Below, piece after piece: positions 14,716-22,944 of a DNA stretch of 32,000 bases (its first letter is position 1; every line of letters starts with the position of its first letter). Where the stretch lies: assembly GCA_022646745.1 (NCBI GenBank), contig CP060262.1, positions 2,910,001-2,942,000 on the forward strand, given 5' to 3'. The stretch is from Planctomycetales bacterium (lineage in GTDB: Bacteria > 4484-113 > JAFGCY01). Made by a program: the position numbers and the translations under genes. Below the pieces are notes generated by a model. The model saw only the letters and a list, made by a program, of their open reading frames with translations. It searched no databases and had not been told where the DNA came from.

Positions 14716-15561
14716 GGCAATCAGGGCCACGCCGGCAATGATCGCCAGCGCTCCACTCAGCCGGCGCTTGAACTGGCGCTCGCCAAGCAGCAGGTAGCCG
14801 ATCAGCACAGAGAACACAATGCTGCTCTCCCGGCTGGCAACCACGTATGCCGTTGGAGCCAGCCTGAAGGCGAACAGCACAAGCAGGTAGCCGCCGAAGG
14901 TCCCGGCGGCGCAGAACAGCACTGAGCGCAGGTTCTGCTTCAGCTCGGTGCGCACTGAATCCCTGCGGCCAAGCGCCAGCGGCAGCAGTGCCAGGGTCTG
15001 GCTGACCATCATCAGCGAGATCCAGGGCAGGGGATGGATGCCCGTTGCCAGCATGGCCTGCTTGTCAACCAGGTTGTAAGAGGCCACGAACAGCCCCGTC
15101 CCGCTGGCCGCCAGCACCGCTGCCAGTGAAGCCTTCTGCCGACCTACGGTGCTCGACAGGCCGGTGAACAGGATACCGGCGATCACCAGGCCGACACCCG
15201 CCGCTCCTCCAGCACTGAGCTCCTCCTTCAACAGCAGCAGTCCGGCAATCGGCACGAGTGCCACTCCCAGTCCGCGGCTGATCGGATATGCCAGCGAATA
15301 ATCCCCCAGCCGGTAGCTTTCACTGAGCAGGTAGATGTAGCCGCTATGCGCAATCGTAGTTGCCAGCATCCATGGCCAGGCTGACCAGCTGAGCTCGCCG
15401 GTCCAGAAGCAGTAGGCTACGTATGGCAGCTGCCAGAATCCGTTGATCAGGAATGCCAGCCAGATGAAGGAGAACTTGTCGCGCGACTGCTTGGCCAGTG
15501 CATTCCAGCTGCTGTGGATCAGCGCGGAGCAGAGCACGAGCGTCAGGGCGGCAAGCGGCAT
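14704..15561 (-). CDS. EamA/DMT family transporter
   Basis: 285 aa with about 10 predicted TM helices in a two-fold repeat. Its stop overlaps the trmL 3' end by 12 nt. Confidence 0.7.
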   Translation of the reverse strand: MPLAALTLVLCSALIHSSWNALAKQSRDKFSFIWLAFLINGFWQLPYVAYCFWTGELSWSAWPWMLATTIAHSGYIYLLSESYRLGDYSLAYPISRGLGVALVPIAGLLLLKEELSAGGAAGVGLVIAGILFTGLSSTVGRQKASLAAVLAASGTGLFVASYNLVDKQAMLATGIHPLPWISLMMVSQTLALLPLALGRRDSVRTELKQNLRSVLFCAAGTFGGYLLVLFAFRLAPTAYVVASRESSIVFSVLIGYLLLGERQFKRRLSGALAIIAGVALIALLG

Positions 15562-15593
15562 CTGTCAGGTACCTGTCTTCAGGGCAGGATTGA

Positions 15594-16478
15594 TCAGCTG
15601 CCGCTGTTCTGCCCGATCAGCACATGCAGTTCAGGCATGCTGTCCGGGCCGTTGCGCAGGATCTTGACAACGTTGTCAGGCGTTCCGTCCTTGTCGACGT
15701 CATAGCCCGGGGTCTCGCCGGTGCCGAAGCCGAGCAGGTAGTAGCCACGCACGGTGCCGTTCAGCCTGAATGGCACGTAGGCGAAGTTGCCGAAGCGGTC
15801 GGCAGCCTGGATGCCGGAAGGTTTCATCTGGACGTCTGTGAATGGGTTCTGCGGCAGCATCACGGGGCTGTTCTTCGGGTCCAGGCTGCCGGGAAAGATT
15901 TTCCCGCTGCCGTCGCCATGTTCCGAACCCCAGCTGCCGATCTCGGCATTCAGGCTGTCAAGCCTCGTGAACAGGAGCGGCGGGGTGGTGTACTTGCCGG
16001 AAACGACCTCACTCACTGCAGGCAGGCGTCCCTTCTTGGAGGCCAGTACCAGCTGCACCTTGTCGCCGACATCATCGCCCGTCACATCCTCACCGGCGTC
16101 CTCGCCGTATCCATATCCCAGCAGGTAGAAGCCGATCACGGCATCCTTGCCATAGACGGGATAGTAGGTGAAGTTGCCCGATCGGTCATTCGCCTCATAG
16201 TCCACATCACTCATCGGGCTGCGCGTGGCCGGATTGTCCGGGAAGGTCTCGAAGTTGCCGTCCTCGATCAACTGTTCGATGCGGTCGGGGTACATCCCGT
16301 TATGTGCTTCGGCCCACTTTTCAAGCTGGTGCCGCACGAGGTGCACATGCTGGCGGCTGATGTCTGACAGCCGCTGCTGCGCACGCTTGTCGCCGGAGCG
16401 GTCCAACAGGTTGCATGAGCTGCCGGCAAGCAGCAGGGCAAGCATTGCAAGCAGCGCAGCGAGACGGGAAAGGCGCAT
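15594..16478 (-). CDS. lipoprotein with two tandem pseudopilin-like (GspG C-terminal-like) globular domains
   Basis: Track ORF 15594-16508. ATG at 16478 is preceded by GGAG (7 nt) and gives MRLSRLAALLAMLALLLAGSSC (signal peptide plus Cys). Internal duplication: FPDNPATRSPM...SGNFTYYPVYGKDAVIGFYLLGYGYGEDAGEDVTGDDVGDKV versus LPQNPFTDVQM...FGNFAYVPFRLNGTVRGYYLLGFGTGETPGYDVDKDGTPDNVV. Confidence 0.55.
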   Translation of the reverse strand: MRLSRLAALLAMLALLLAGSSCNLLDRSGDKRAQQRLSDISRQHVHLVRHQLEKWAEAHNGMYPDRIEQLIEDGNFETFPDNPATRSPMSDVDYEANDRSGNFTYYPVYGKDAVIGFYLLGYGYGEDAGEDVTGDDVGDKVQLVLASKKGRLPAVSEVVSGKYTTPPLLFTRLDSLNAEIGSWGSEHGDGSGKIFPGSLDPKNSPVMLPQNPFTDVQMKPSGIQAADRFGNFAYVPFRLNGTVRGYYLLGFGTGETPGYDVDKDGTPDNVVKILRNGPDSMPELHVLIGQNSGS

Positions 16479-16589
16479 GTCGCGACTCCAGCTTCGTGAA
16501 TTCATCACGCCATCAGTTTAGTACAAGTATCCAAAACGGCGATGCCATCCGGCAGCGCAGGGAAGGGCGGTGTGCTAACTTGGTCAGGC

Positions 16590-17477
16590 ATGCGCAGGGA
16601 GCAGCGGAGGCAGACAATCAGGCAGCACAGGGTGATTTCCGCCGCCTTGCTGGCACTTGCGGCACTGTGTGTTGTTGCAATGCTCGGCTTCACCGCAGCG
16701 CTGGCTGCCCCGCAGGAGAGTGACGAGGGCCTGCTGGTCGCATTGGATAAAGAGGGACGCCTGCTGCCCTTGGGTGTTACCGAGGGGCCGTTTGATGCAA
16801 TCCTGGCTTATGGCGAGTCCGGCGTTGAATCGATCAAGCAGGCCTGGCAGTACAACATCTACGCCCAGTTCTACTTCCCGGGCGAGGATCCCCAGATTGA
16901 TTACACCTTCCTTGGCAACCGCAAGTACCCGCGGCTGCTGCTCAAGCTCGACCGCAAGGCAGCGCTGATCTGGGTCAGTTCCGCATCAACCAGGGCAGAA
17001 GCCGAGGAGTACTGCCGTGGCCTGCGACGCCAGGGGCTCGAGGGGGCCTTCGTGGCCCGGGCCCGTGGCAGCTATGGCTACAGGCATTCCGCCGGACAGC
17101 AGGCGATGCTCAGTGAACTGGCATCGTCCATGGATACGACCCAGTGCAATGGCAAGGAACCACTTGGCTGGCTCACGGAGCGCGACCTGGCTCGACGCTA
17201 TGCCGTTGCCATGCGGCTGGTCTACATAGACAATGTCAGCGGCGTGAACGACGCGCTGGAGCTTAGGGATGAGATCAAGGCAGCCATCGGCGAATGCGGC
17301 ATGCTGAACCGGCCGGCCGGTGGATACCGCCTGTTCTGTGGAGCGTACGGGGATCGCCAGTCGGCTGTGGAAGCGGTGGAGAAGATCAGCAAGCTCACCG
17401 GACATGTGCCAGAGGTAGTCTGCATCAACGGGGATGGGCTGCAGACGCGCTGGATGGAAGAGGACCTGTCCCGCTAG
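16590..17477 (+). CDS. signal-anchored protein with possible SPOR-like domains
   Basis: Track ORF 16542-17477. MRREQRRQTIRQHRVISAALLALAALCVVAML forms the anchor. ALIWVSSASTRAEAEEYCRGLRRQGLEGAFV and GYRLFCGAYGDRQSAVEAVEKISKLTGHVPEVV resemble SPOR beta-alpha-beta repeats. Tentative. Confidence 0.4.
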   Translation: MRREQRRQTIRQHRVISAALLALAALCVVAMLGFTAALAAPQESDEGLLVALDKEGRLLPLGVTEGPFDAILAYGESGVESIKQAWQYNIYAQFYFPGEDPQIDYTFLGNRKYPRLLLKLDRKAALIWVSSASTRAEAEEYCRGLRRQGLEGAFVARARGSYGYRHSAGQQAMLSELASSMDTTQCNGKEPLGWLTERDLARRYAVAMRLVYIDNVSGVNDALELRDEIKAAIGECGMLNRPAGGYRLFCGAYGDRQSAVEAVEKISKLTGHVPEVVCINGDGLQTRWMEEDLSR

Positions 17478-17487
17478 ACCGGGGTGA

Positions 17488-18348
17488 TCACTCCAGTTCG
17501 CGCCGGTCGAGCTTGTCCAGTTCCCGCTCTAGGTCGTCATACACCGCCAGTTCCTCGCCAAGCGTCTCACTCTGGCGGATGTTCTCCAGCACCTGCTCAA
17601 TGTCGCGGCTGACGCGCTTGGCATCAACCGCGGTCATTGCCTGGTCCACCAGCAGCTTCATGGTGGTCTCAACATTGCGGCACTGCTGGCGCACCAGTTC
17701 CAGCCGGCTCTCCGTGCCGTGGTACTTCTCCAGCCGGTTCTCCAGCAGCTTCAGCTGGCTGGCCCGCGCATCGCGCACCGCGCTGTCCGTGGCCTCGTCC
17801 AGTCGCTGCCTGGCTTCCGCCAGCTCACGCTCCAGGCTGCCGGGATCCACGAGGTTCAGGTAGTTGTCATATTCAGTGAGCACCACCAGCAGCTGAAGGT
17901 AGCTGATCGCAAGGGTGTCGAGCTTCTGCAGGTTGTCCCTGGCAAACGGGTCATGCGAGCCGAACTTGTCCTGCAGGATCTCGCGTGCCTTGTCACGCAG
18001 CCGGGCGATGTCAGCCATGCTGCCCTTCAGTTCCCCGGAGATCCGCCCGCGCAGGGCATCCTGCTGGTAGTCGAAGTCGTTCTCATGGATCTCCGCCAGC
18101 CGCGCATCCGTCACCCGCCGGAAGCGCGGATTGCCCGGCATCACCAGCAGCCAGACCCCGCTCCAGGCAATGCTGGCCAGCGCTGTCCAGCCAGCTAGCT
18201 CCGGGCTGAGTGTGCTGCCCATGGAAGCAACTCCCAGGCCGGCCGTGGACAGCCAGCCGATCACGGCCCCGGTCACATGTGCCGGATGCGCCAGGGCTGC
18301 CCAGTGGTAGCGGGCGGGATTGTGGCTGGATTCAGGGCGCATCGGCAT
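17488..18348 (-). CDS. 2-TM membrane protein with long C-terminal coiled coil, function unknown
   Basis: Track ORF 17488-18399. ATG at 18348 lies 7 nt downstream of a perfect TATAAT (complement of 18356-18361). It has two hydrophobic helices followed by ~190 aa of heptad-like charged helix. Confidence 0.5.
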   Translation of the reverse strand: MPMRPESSHNPARYHWAALAHPAHVTGAVIGWLSTAGLGVASMGSTLSPELAGWTALASIAWSGVWLLVMPGNPRFRRVTDARLAEIHENDFDYQQDALRGRISGELKGSMADIARLRDKAREILQDKFGSHDPFARDNLQKLDTLAISYLQLLVVLTEYDNYLNLVDPGSLERELAEARQRLDEATDSAVRDARASQLKLLENRLEKYHGTESRLELVRQQCRNVETTMKLLVDQAMTAVDAKRVSRDIEQVLENIRQSETLGEELAVYDDLERELDKLDRRELE

Positions 18349-18355
18349 CGCTGGG

Positions 18356-18361
18356 ATTATA
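18356..18361 (-). promoter_or_regulatory. -10 hexamer TATAAT, 7 nt upstream of ATG 18348 (possible leaderless transcript)
   Basis: The reverse strand reads gcgTATAATcccagcgATGccgATG. Confidence 0.4.
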
Positions 18362-18709
18362 CGCCGCGCAGGGCTGAGGCTGGGGAAAACGCCGGTCAAG
18401 GCAGGGCTGGAGCCAAGTGTTGTCCTCCGCTCAATAGAAGCGAGTATTGATATTCGACTGCAAATGTGTTACAAATCATACAGGGAACGGGTTCCCAACG
18501 TCCGGCTGAATTACCTATATCCTGTGCAAAACCGAATGGATGGAAGGTTCCCGTTCCAACTTTTTCACCCACATGTTCCCCACACAGTGTTTAGCGCTGT
18601 TTCGTGCGCGCATGGGACGGATTAGGTGAACGATTACTCCAATACAGGCCTTGCCCCGCGTTAACAACCTGTGAATTGATCCGAATAGGGAGTAAGATAT
18701 CCACGCGCC

Positions 18710-19750
18710 ATGGGCTTCTACGACTGGCTATTCGGCATGTTCGGCCATCTTTCGGCCGATATCGGCATCGACCTCGGTACGGCGAACACCCTCGTGTTCG
18801 TCAAGGGGCGGGGCATTGTGCTGCGCGAACCCAGTGTGGTGGCCATCGATCTCAGTACTGATGAGGTGCTGGCGGTCGGTGAGGAAGCGAAGTCCATGAT
18901 CGGCAAGACCCCCTCGCGCGTGATCGCGATGCGACCGCTGCGCGACGGCGTGATTGCTGACTGGGAGAAGACGGAGCAGATGCTGCGCGCCTTCATCGAG
19001 AAGGCCAAGAGCGACTTCGGCATGGTCCAGCTGCCGCACCGCGTGGTGATCGGCATCCCATCCGGTATCACGGCGGTCGAACGCAAGGCCGTGCGTGACG
19101 CCGCGATCCGCACCGGGGCACGCTGGGAAGGCTTGATCGATGAGCCGATGGCGGCCGCGATCGGCTGCAACATGCCGATTGACGAACCAGGCGGCAACAT
19201 GATCGTGGACATCGGCGGTGGTACCACTGAAGTCGCGGTGATCTCGCTCGGTGGCGTGGTGGTCAGCAACTCGATCCGCACCGCCGGGGACGCGCTCGAC
19301 AAGTCGATCATCGTCTACGCACGCCGCCGTTTCAACATGCAGATCGGTGAGCGCACCGCTGAGCGCATCAAGATCTCGATCGGCGCGGCCCACAGCCAGA
19401 GTGAGAACCTGACAACGGAAATGCGCGGAATGGACCAGGTCACCGGACTTCCTAAGGTGGTGGAGATCACCACCGAGGACATCCGCGAGGCGATGGGCGA
19501 GAAGATTGACGAGATCTTGCGCTGCGTGCGCTACACGCTCGAGGAATGCCCGCCGGAGCTGGCCGCCGACATCATTGACAAGGGCATCGTGCTGGCCGGT
19601 GGTGGCGCGCTCCTGCGCGACCTCGACATCCTGATCAGCCGCGACACGGGCATCGTCACCAAGGTTGCCGACGATCCGCTGAGCGCCGTCGTGCTCGGCA
19701 CGATGAAGGTGCTTGAGGATCTGGACCGCTTCAAGTACATGCTGGGGTAG
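18710..19750 (+). CDS. mreB: rod shape-determining protein MreB
   Basis: DIGIDLGTANTLV, REPSVVA, MRPLRDGVIAD, VIGIPSGITAVERKAV, IDEPMAAAIG, VDIGGGTTEVAVISLGG and GIVLAGGGALLRDLD give full-length MreB identity. Confidence 0.95.
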   Translation: MGFYDWLFGMFGHLSADIGIDLGTANTLVFVKGRGIVLREPSVVAIDLSTDEVLAVGEEAKSMIGKTPSRVIAMRPLRDGVIADWEKTEQMLRAFIEKAKSDFGMVQLPHRVVIGIPSGITAVERKAVRDAAIRTGARWEGLIDEPMAAAIGCNMPIDEPGGNMIVDIGGGTTEVAVISLGGVVVSNSIRTAGDALDKSIIVYARRRFNMQIGERTAERIKISIGAAHSQSENLTTEMRGMDQVTGLPKVVEITTEDIREAMGEKIDEILRCVRYTLEECPPELAADIIDKGIVLAGGGALLRDLDILISRDTGIVTKVADDPLSAVVLGTMKVLEDLDRFKYMLG

Positions 19751-19771
19751 GAGCTACATGCTTCAGCAGTA

Positions 19772-19908
19772 GCGGAGCTGCGGCGCAAGTCGCACAACTG
19801 AAGCGAGACAAGAGTCTGGCAACGGAGCTACGCGATTCAGAGGTGATTCAGCTGAGGCGTGAGTTGCAAACCCGAGTCCAAGCTGAAAGTTTGGCAACGG
19901 AACTGGCG
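19772..19908 (+). repeat. imperfect ~74-75-bp tandem duplication in the mreB-P1 spacer
   Basis: Copy A from 19775 (gagctgcggcgcaagtcgcaca...agtctggcaacggagct). Copy B from 19849 (cagctgaggcgtgagttgcaaa...agtttggcaacggaact). By hand the two best-matching blocks are 17/22 and about 16/19 identical, with about 67% identity overall and one indel. Confidence 0.45.
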
Positions 19909-19911
19909 GCA

Positions 19912-21048
19912 ATGAGCAGGTCATTCAGGAACTTTCTGGTATTTCTAGGGCTGGCAGCACTGGCTCTGGTACTCTGGCTTTACATCAGGGATTACCGAGG
20001 CAGGGTCGTAAGCAATGGCAATCTGACTGATTACGCAGCAGATGAATCCGGCAATCTGTATATCATTGAGAGCGGAAAGCTCTATTGGATGAAAGCTTCG
20101 CAGGCAGGCAGCATCCTCGGCGGAGGTAGGCGGGAACTTGCGATCTCAAATCCTGATCGTTTCATTTCAAGAACAGGTCCCGTCGTTTTGCTGGGCAACA
20201 GCCCAAGAAAGGTATACCTGCTAGATACAAAATACGGGGCAGGCTACAAGGAAATCGGTGAGTTTCCATCCGCAGCGATGTCAGAATCATTCTGCGCTTC
20301 AGAGTCTGATTCACCGATGGTTGCAAGACTGCAGGATTACTACGTTGGCGACGCTTCGACATACTTCAGAAAGGCAAATCTGGAGGTGATCGATTTTTCG
20401 GGGAATATCAGGCAATATGAAATATCTGAACCTTCATCATTTATGAAGAATCAGTATGCGCTGTCTGCTGATGGCCAGCACTTCGTTTTCCTGACAGAGT
20501 CTGAGTACAGGGCTGATACTTCCCGCAGCCTGAATGTACTTGATCTGGATAATAGGCAAACCCGCTCTGTAGAGATCCTTGATGACGGAGGAGATGCATT
20601 TATTACCGTCAATGAAGGCCGAATTGCCGTGACGAAAATGGCAAGGGGAGTGATGGTCTTTGACCTTGAGCTGAACTTGTTGATGGAGTCAAGACTGAAT
20701 TGTTCCTGGTTCCCACCATTCGAGGACCAGGGTGCATTTCTGGTGATTGAAAACGTCAAGGCCATTGTCGGGCTGGACATCAATGGCAATCAAGTGATGA
20801 ATGAACCACTTGCTGGGACGATTGAGGATTACATCATCTCCGGTGGATCGCTCTACATCTGCGTTCGCGGGGACGATTCACGCAGACGGTACTTCAGGGT
20901 GGATGCAGTGAACCGCAGGCTTGTGACTGTCAGCGATCTTCGGCAGGACTATGTCCGGTATCTGTACAGTGGTGCGCTGATATCCGGAGGCCGAATGTTC
21001 ATAAGTGATATCGGAGGTAAACTTCGATCAATCGCAATGAGTGAGTAA
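19912..21048 (+). CDS. P1: membrane-anchored beta-rich protein, paralogue family (unknown function)
   Basis: Track ORF 19843-21048. ATG 19912 gives MSRSFRNFLVFLGLAALALVLWLYI (TM anchor). It aligns by eye with P2 and P3 along its full length. Sampled lines are ~35-45% GC. An alternative GTG start exists at 19843. Confidence 0.65.
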   Translation: MSRSFRNFLVFLGLAALALVLWLYIRDYRGRVVSNGNLTDYAADESGNLYIIESGKLYWMKASQAGSILGGGRRELAISNPDRFISRTGPVVLLGNSPRKVYLLDTKYGAGYKEIGEFPSAAMSESFCASESDSPMVARLQDYYVGDASTYFRKANLEVIDFSGNIRQYEISEPSSFMKNQYALSADGQHFVFLTESEYRADTSRSLNVLDLDNRQTRSVEILDDGGDAFITVNEGRIAVTKMARGVMVFDLELNLLMESRLNCSWFPPFEDQGAFLVIENVKAIVGLDINGNQVMNEPLAGTIEDYIISGGSLYICVRGDDSRRRYFRVDAVNRRLVTVSDLRQDYVRYLYSGALISGGRMFISDIGGKLRSIAMSE

Positions 21049-21094
21049 TTCCAGTTATCTGCATGTTTGTGCTACTCTCCTGTTGGGACAGACC

Positions 21095-22268
21095 ATGAAA
21101 GCACGGATCCTTGCTGCAACCGGGATAACCGTTCTACTGGCCGTAGCGGTACTTCTGTGGCGGATTGACAATCCACCTCAACCTGATTTCGATCCCTATG
21201 CCGTTTGGGATTTTTCATTCAATGACCGGGGCAGCCTGGCTGTTGTCAGCGGAACCGATCGCTGGCTGTACCTTGCCCGGGAAAAGGAAATCAACCTGCC
21301 TCTCCTGCCGAATATTCATCCTCTCGGCATGCGCGATGTGAAACTGATTGGCAATGGTGAGGACATCTACTTCATCCGCCTGGACCATCCTGAGCTTTAC
21401 GTGATAGATGAAGAATCCAAACTCGGTTACAGGCAGCTGTACCGCAATGATGGAGCATTCATCCAGACTGACAGGATCTTCGGTTTCAACACAGTTATCC
21501 GCTTCAGTTCTGACGACAGGCAACTGCCCATGCTGATAAGCAGCCCCATTTACGAGGATGGTGTTCCGGCCGCCAAGCGCGTGCGGGTGATTGACAGCAA
21601 AGGGCAGCTCAGTGTTGATGAGATCCTGCCGGACATGTTTGCCTGCGATGAAGTGCTCGCTGACCTGCAGGCCGGGGCGGCTGTTCTGGCTGGCCCCGGA
21701 CTATTCCGGCAAGGATGCCCTGCACAGCCTGCGCGCTCTGGACCTCGGCACCCGGAAGACTTATGAATTCAAAGATCAACGTGTCAACGCCATGTCCCGG
21801 CTGGGCCTGCTCAGTGGCAGGCTGGTCTGCAATTCAGGTTCAAAGGGTCTGCTGTCACTGGACTACGACCTGAACCTGAAATGGCACAGGGAGCTGGACC
21901 TGCAACTTGGCAAACCGAAACTGATGCAGAAGTGGATCGGATGTATTGACAAGTCAGGCAGATTTCATAAGCTGACGCGTGATGGAGAGAAGGTGCTCCT
22001 GCAGTACCCCATAGCTCAGTTACAGCAAGTGCTTGAAGATGATTACAGCGGGTTTTTACTTGAAAAAACCACAGACAGTAAAGGCCAGACAGTGCTGCAG
22101 CTGGAACGAATCGGCAATGACAACACAATTGTAATTGGCTACCCGATGCAGCTTGCACCGATGTTCGACTGGTATGTCGAGCCAGTCATCCACGATGGCG
22201 TGCTGTACTACATCCAGAGTTCGCGCAGCATCAATGGCATGCACCTTGATGTGGACATGGGATGCTGA
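21095..22268 (+). pseudogene. P2: paralogue of P1/P3 split by a +1 frame change near 21671-21680
   Basis: Track ORFs 21041-21766 and 21591-22268 overlap in frames offset by +1. Joined near the G-run (21674-21677) they give a ~390-aa protein collinear with P3 (..DEVLADLQ | GRLFWLAPDYSGKDALHSLRALDLGTRKTYEF..). TM anchor MKARILAATGITVLLAVAVLLW starts at ATG 21095. Confidence 0.6.
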
Positions 22269-22321
22269 GCAGCTGGCCAAGCTTCCCGTCGTTTTACTCC
22301 ACCTGATATCGTCATCCCACC

Positions 22322-22867
22322 ATGGCCAACTACGTATTCATTGCAACCAGCCTGGATGGATTCATCGCCGACGAACAGGGCGGGGTTGACTGGCTGACGG
22401 CAATTCCCGATCCTGACGACGGCAGCGACTACGGCTGGGCGGAGCACATCGCCCGGATTGACGCCATCCTGATGGGCCGCAAGAGCTTCGAGACCGTGCT
22501 GGGCTTCGGCCAGTGGCATTACCAGAAGCCGGTGGTTGTACTCAGCCGCTCAATGCGGGTGATCCCGGCGGAGTATGCCGACCGGGCCAGCCTTGCCAGT
22601 GGCACTCCGCGGGAGGTCGTCATGGAACTGGCCGGCAGGGGATTCGGAAATCTCTACATCGATGGCGGGGATGTGATCCGCCAGTTTCTCGCAGCCGGCC
22701 TGGTGGATGAAATGACAATCTCCATCGTCCCGGTCCTGCTGGGTCGGGGCATCCCACTCTTCGGTGAAGATGTGCCGGCCGGCAGCCTTGAGCTGAAATC
22801 ATCGACAGCCTACGCCAACGGGATTGTCAGCAACCACTACATCGTCCGGCGTCCATCTGCTTCCTGA
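22322..22867 (+). CDS. dihydrofolate reductase family protein (RibD C-terminal domain)
   Basis: MANYVFIATSLDGFIADEQGGVDWL, ILMGRKSFE, LYIDGGDVIRQFLAAGLVDEMTISIVPVLLGRGIPLF are typical of PF01872-type proteins. Confidence 0.85.
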   Translation: MANYVFIATSLDGFIADEQGGVDWLTAIPDPDDGSDYGWAEHIARIDAILMGRKSFETVLGFGQWHYQKPVVVLSRSMRVIPAEYADRASLASGTPREVVMELAGRGFGNLYIDGGDVIRQFLAAGLVDEMTISIVPVLLGRGIPLFGEDVPAGSLELKSSTAYANGIVSNHYIVRRPSAS

Positions 22868-22944
22868 CGCCAGTCTCGCTGCAATACAGCTGATCCGCTG
22901 CTTCAGTGCTATGCTCAAGCCGGATACTTCCACGGGGACCTGAA

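Noticed and set aside
19889-19906. Sigma-54-like TGGCA...GC element (ttggcaacggaactggc) upstream of P1
   Set aside because: The GG-to-GC spacing is off by one from the -24/-12 consensus and there is no TTGC. It sits only ~6 nt from the ATG, and the motif is explained by the tandem duplication.
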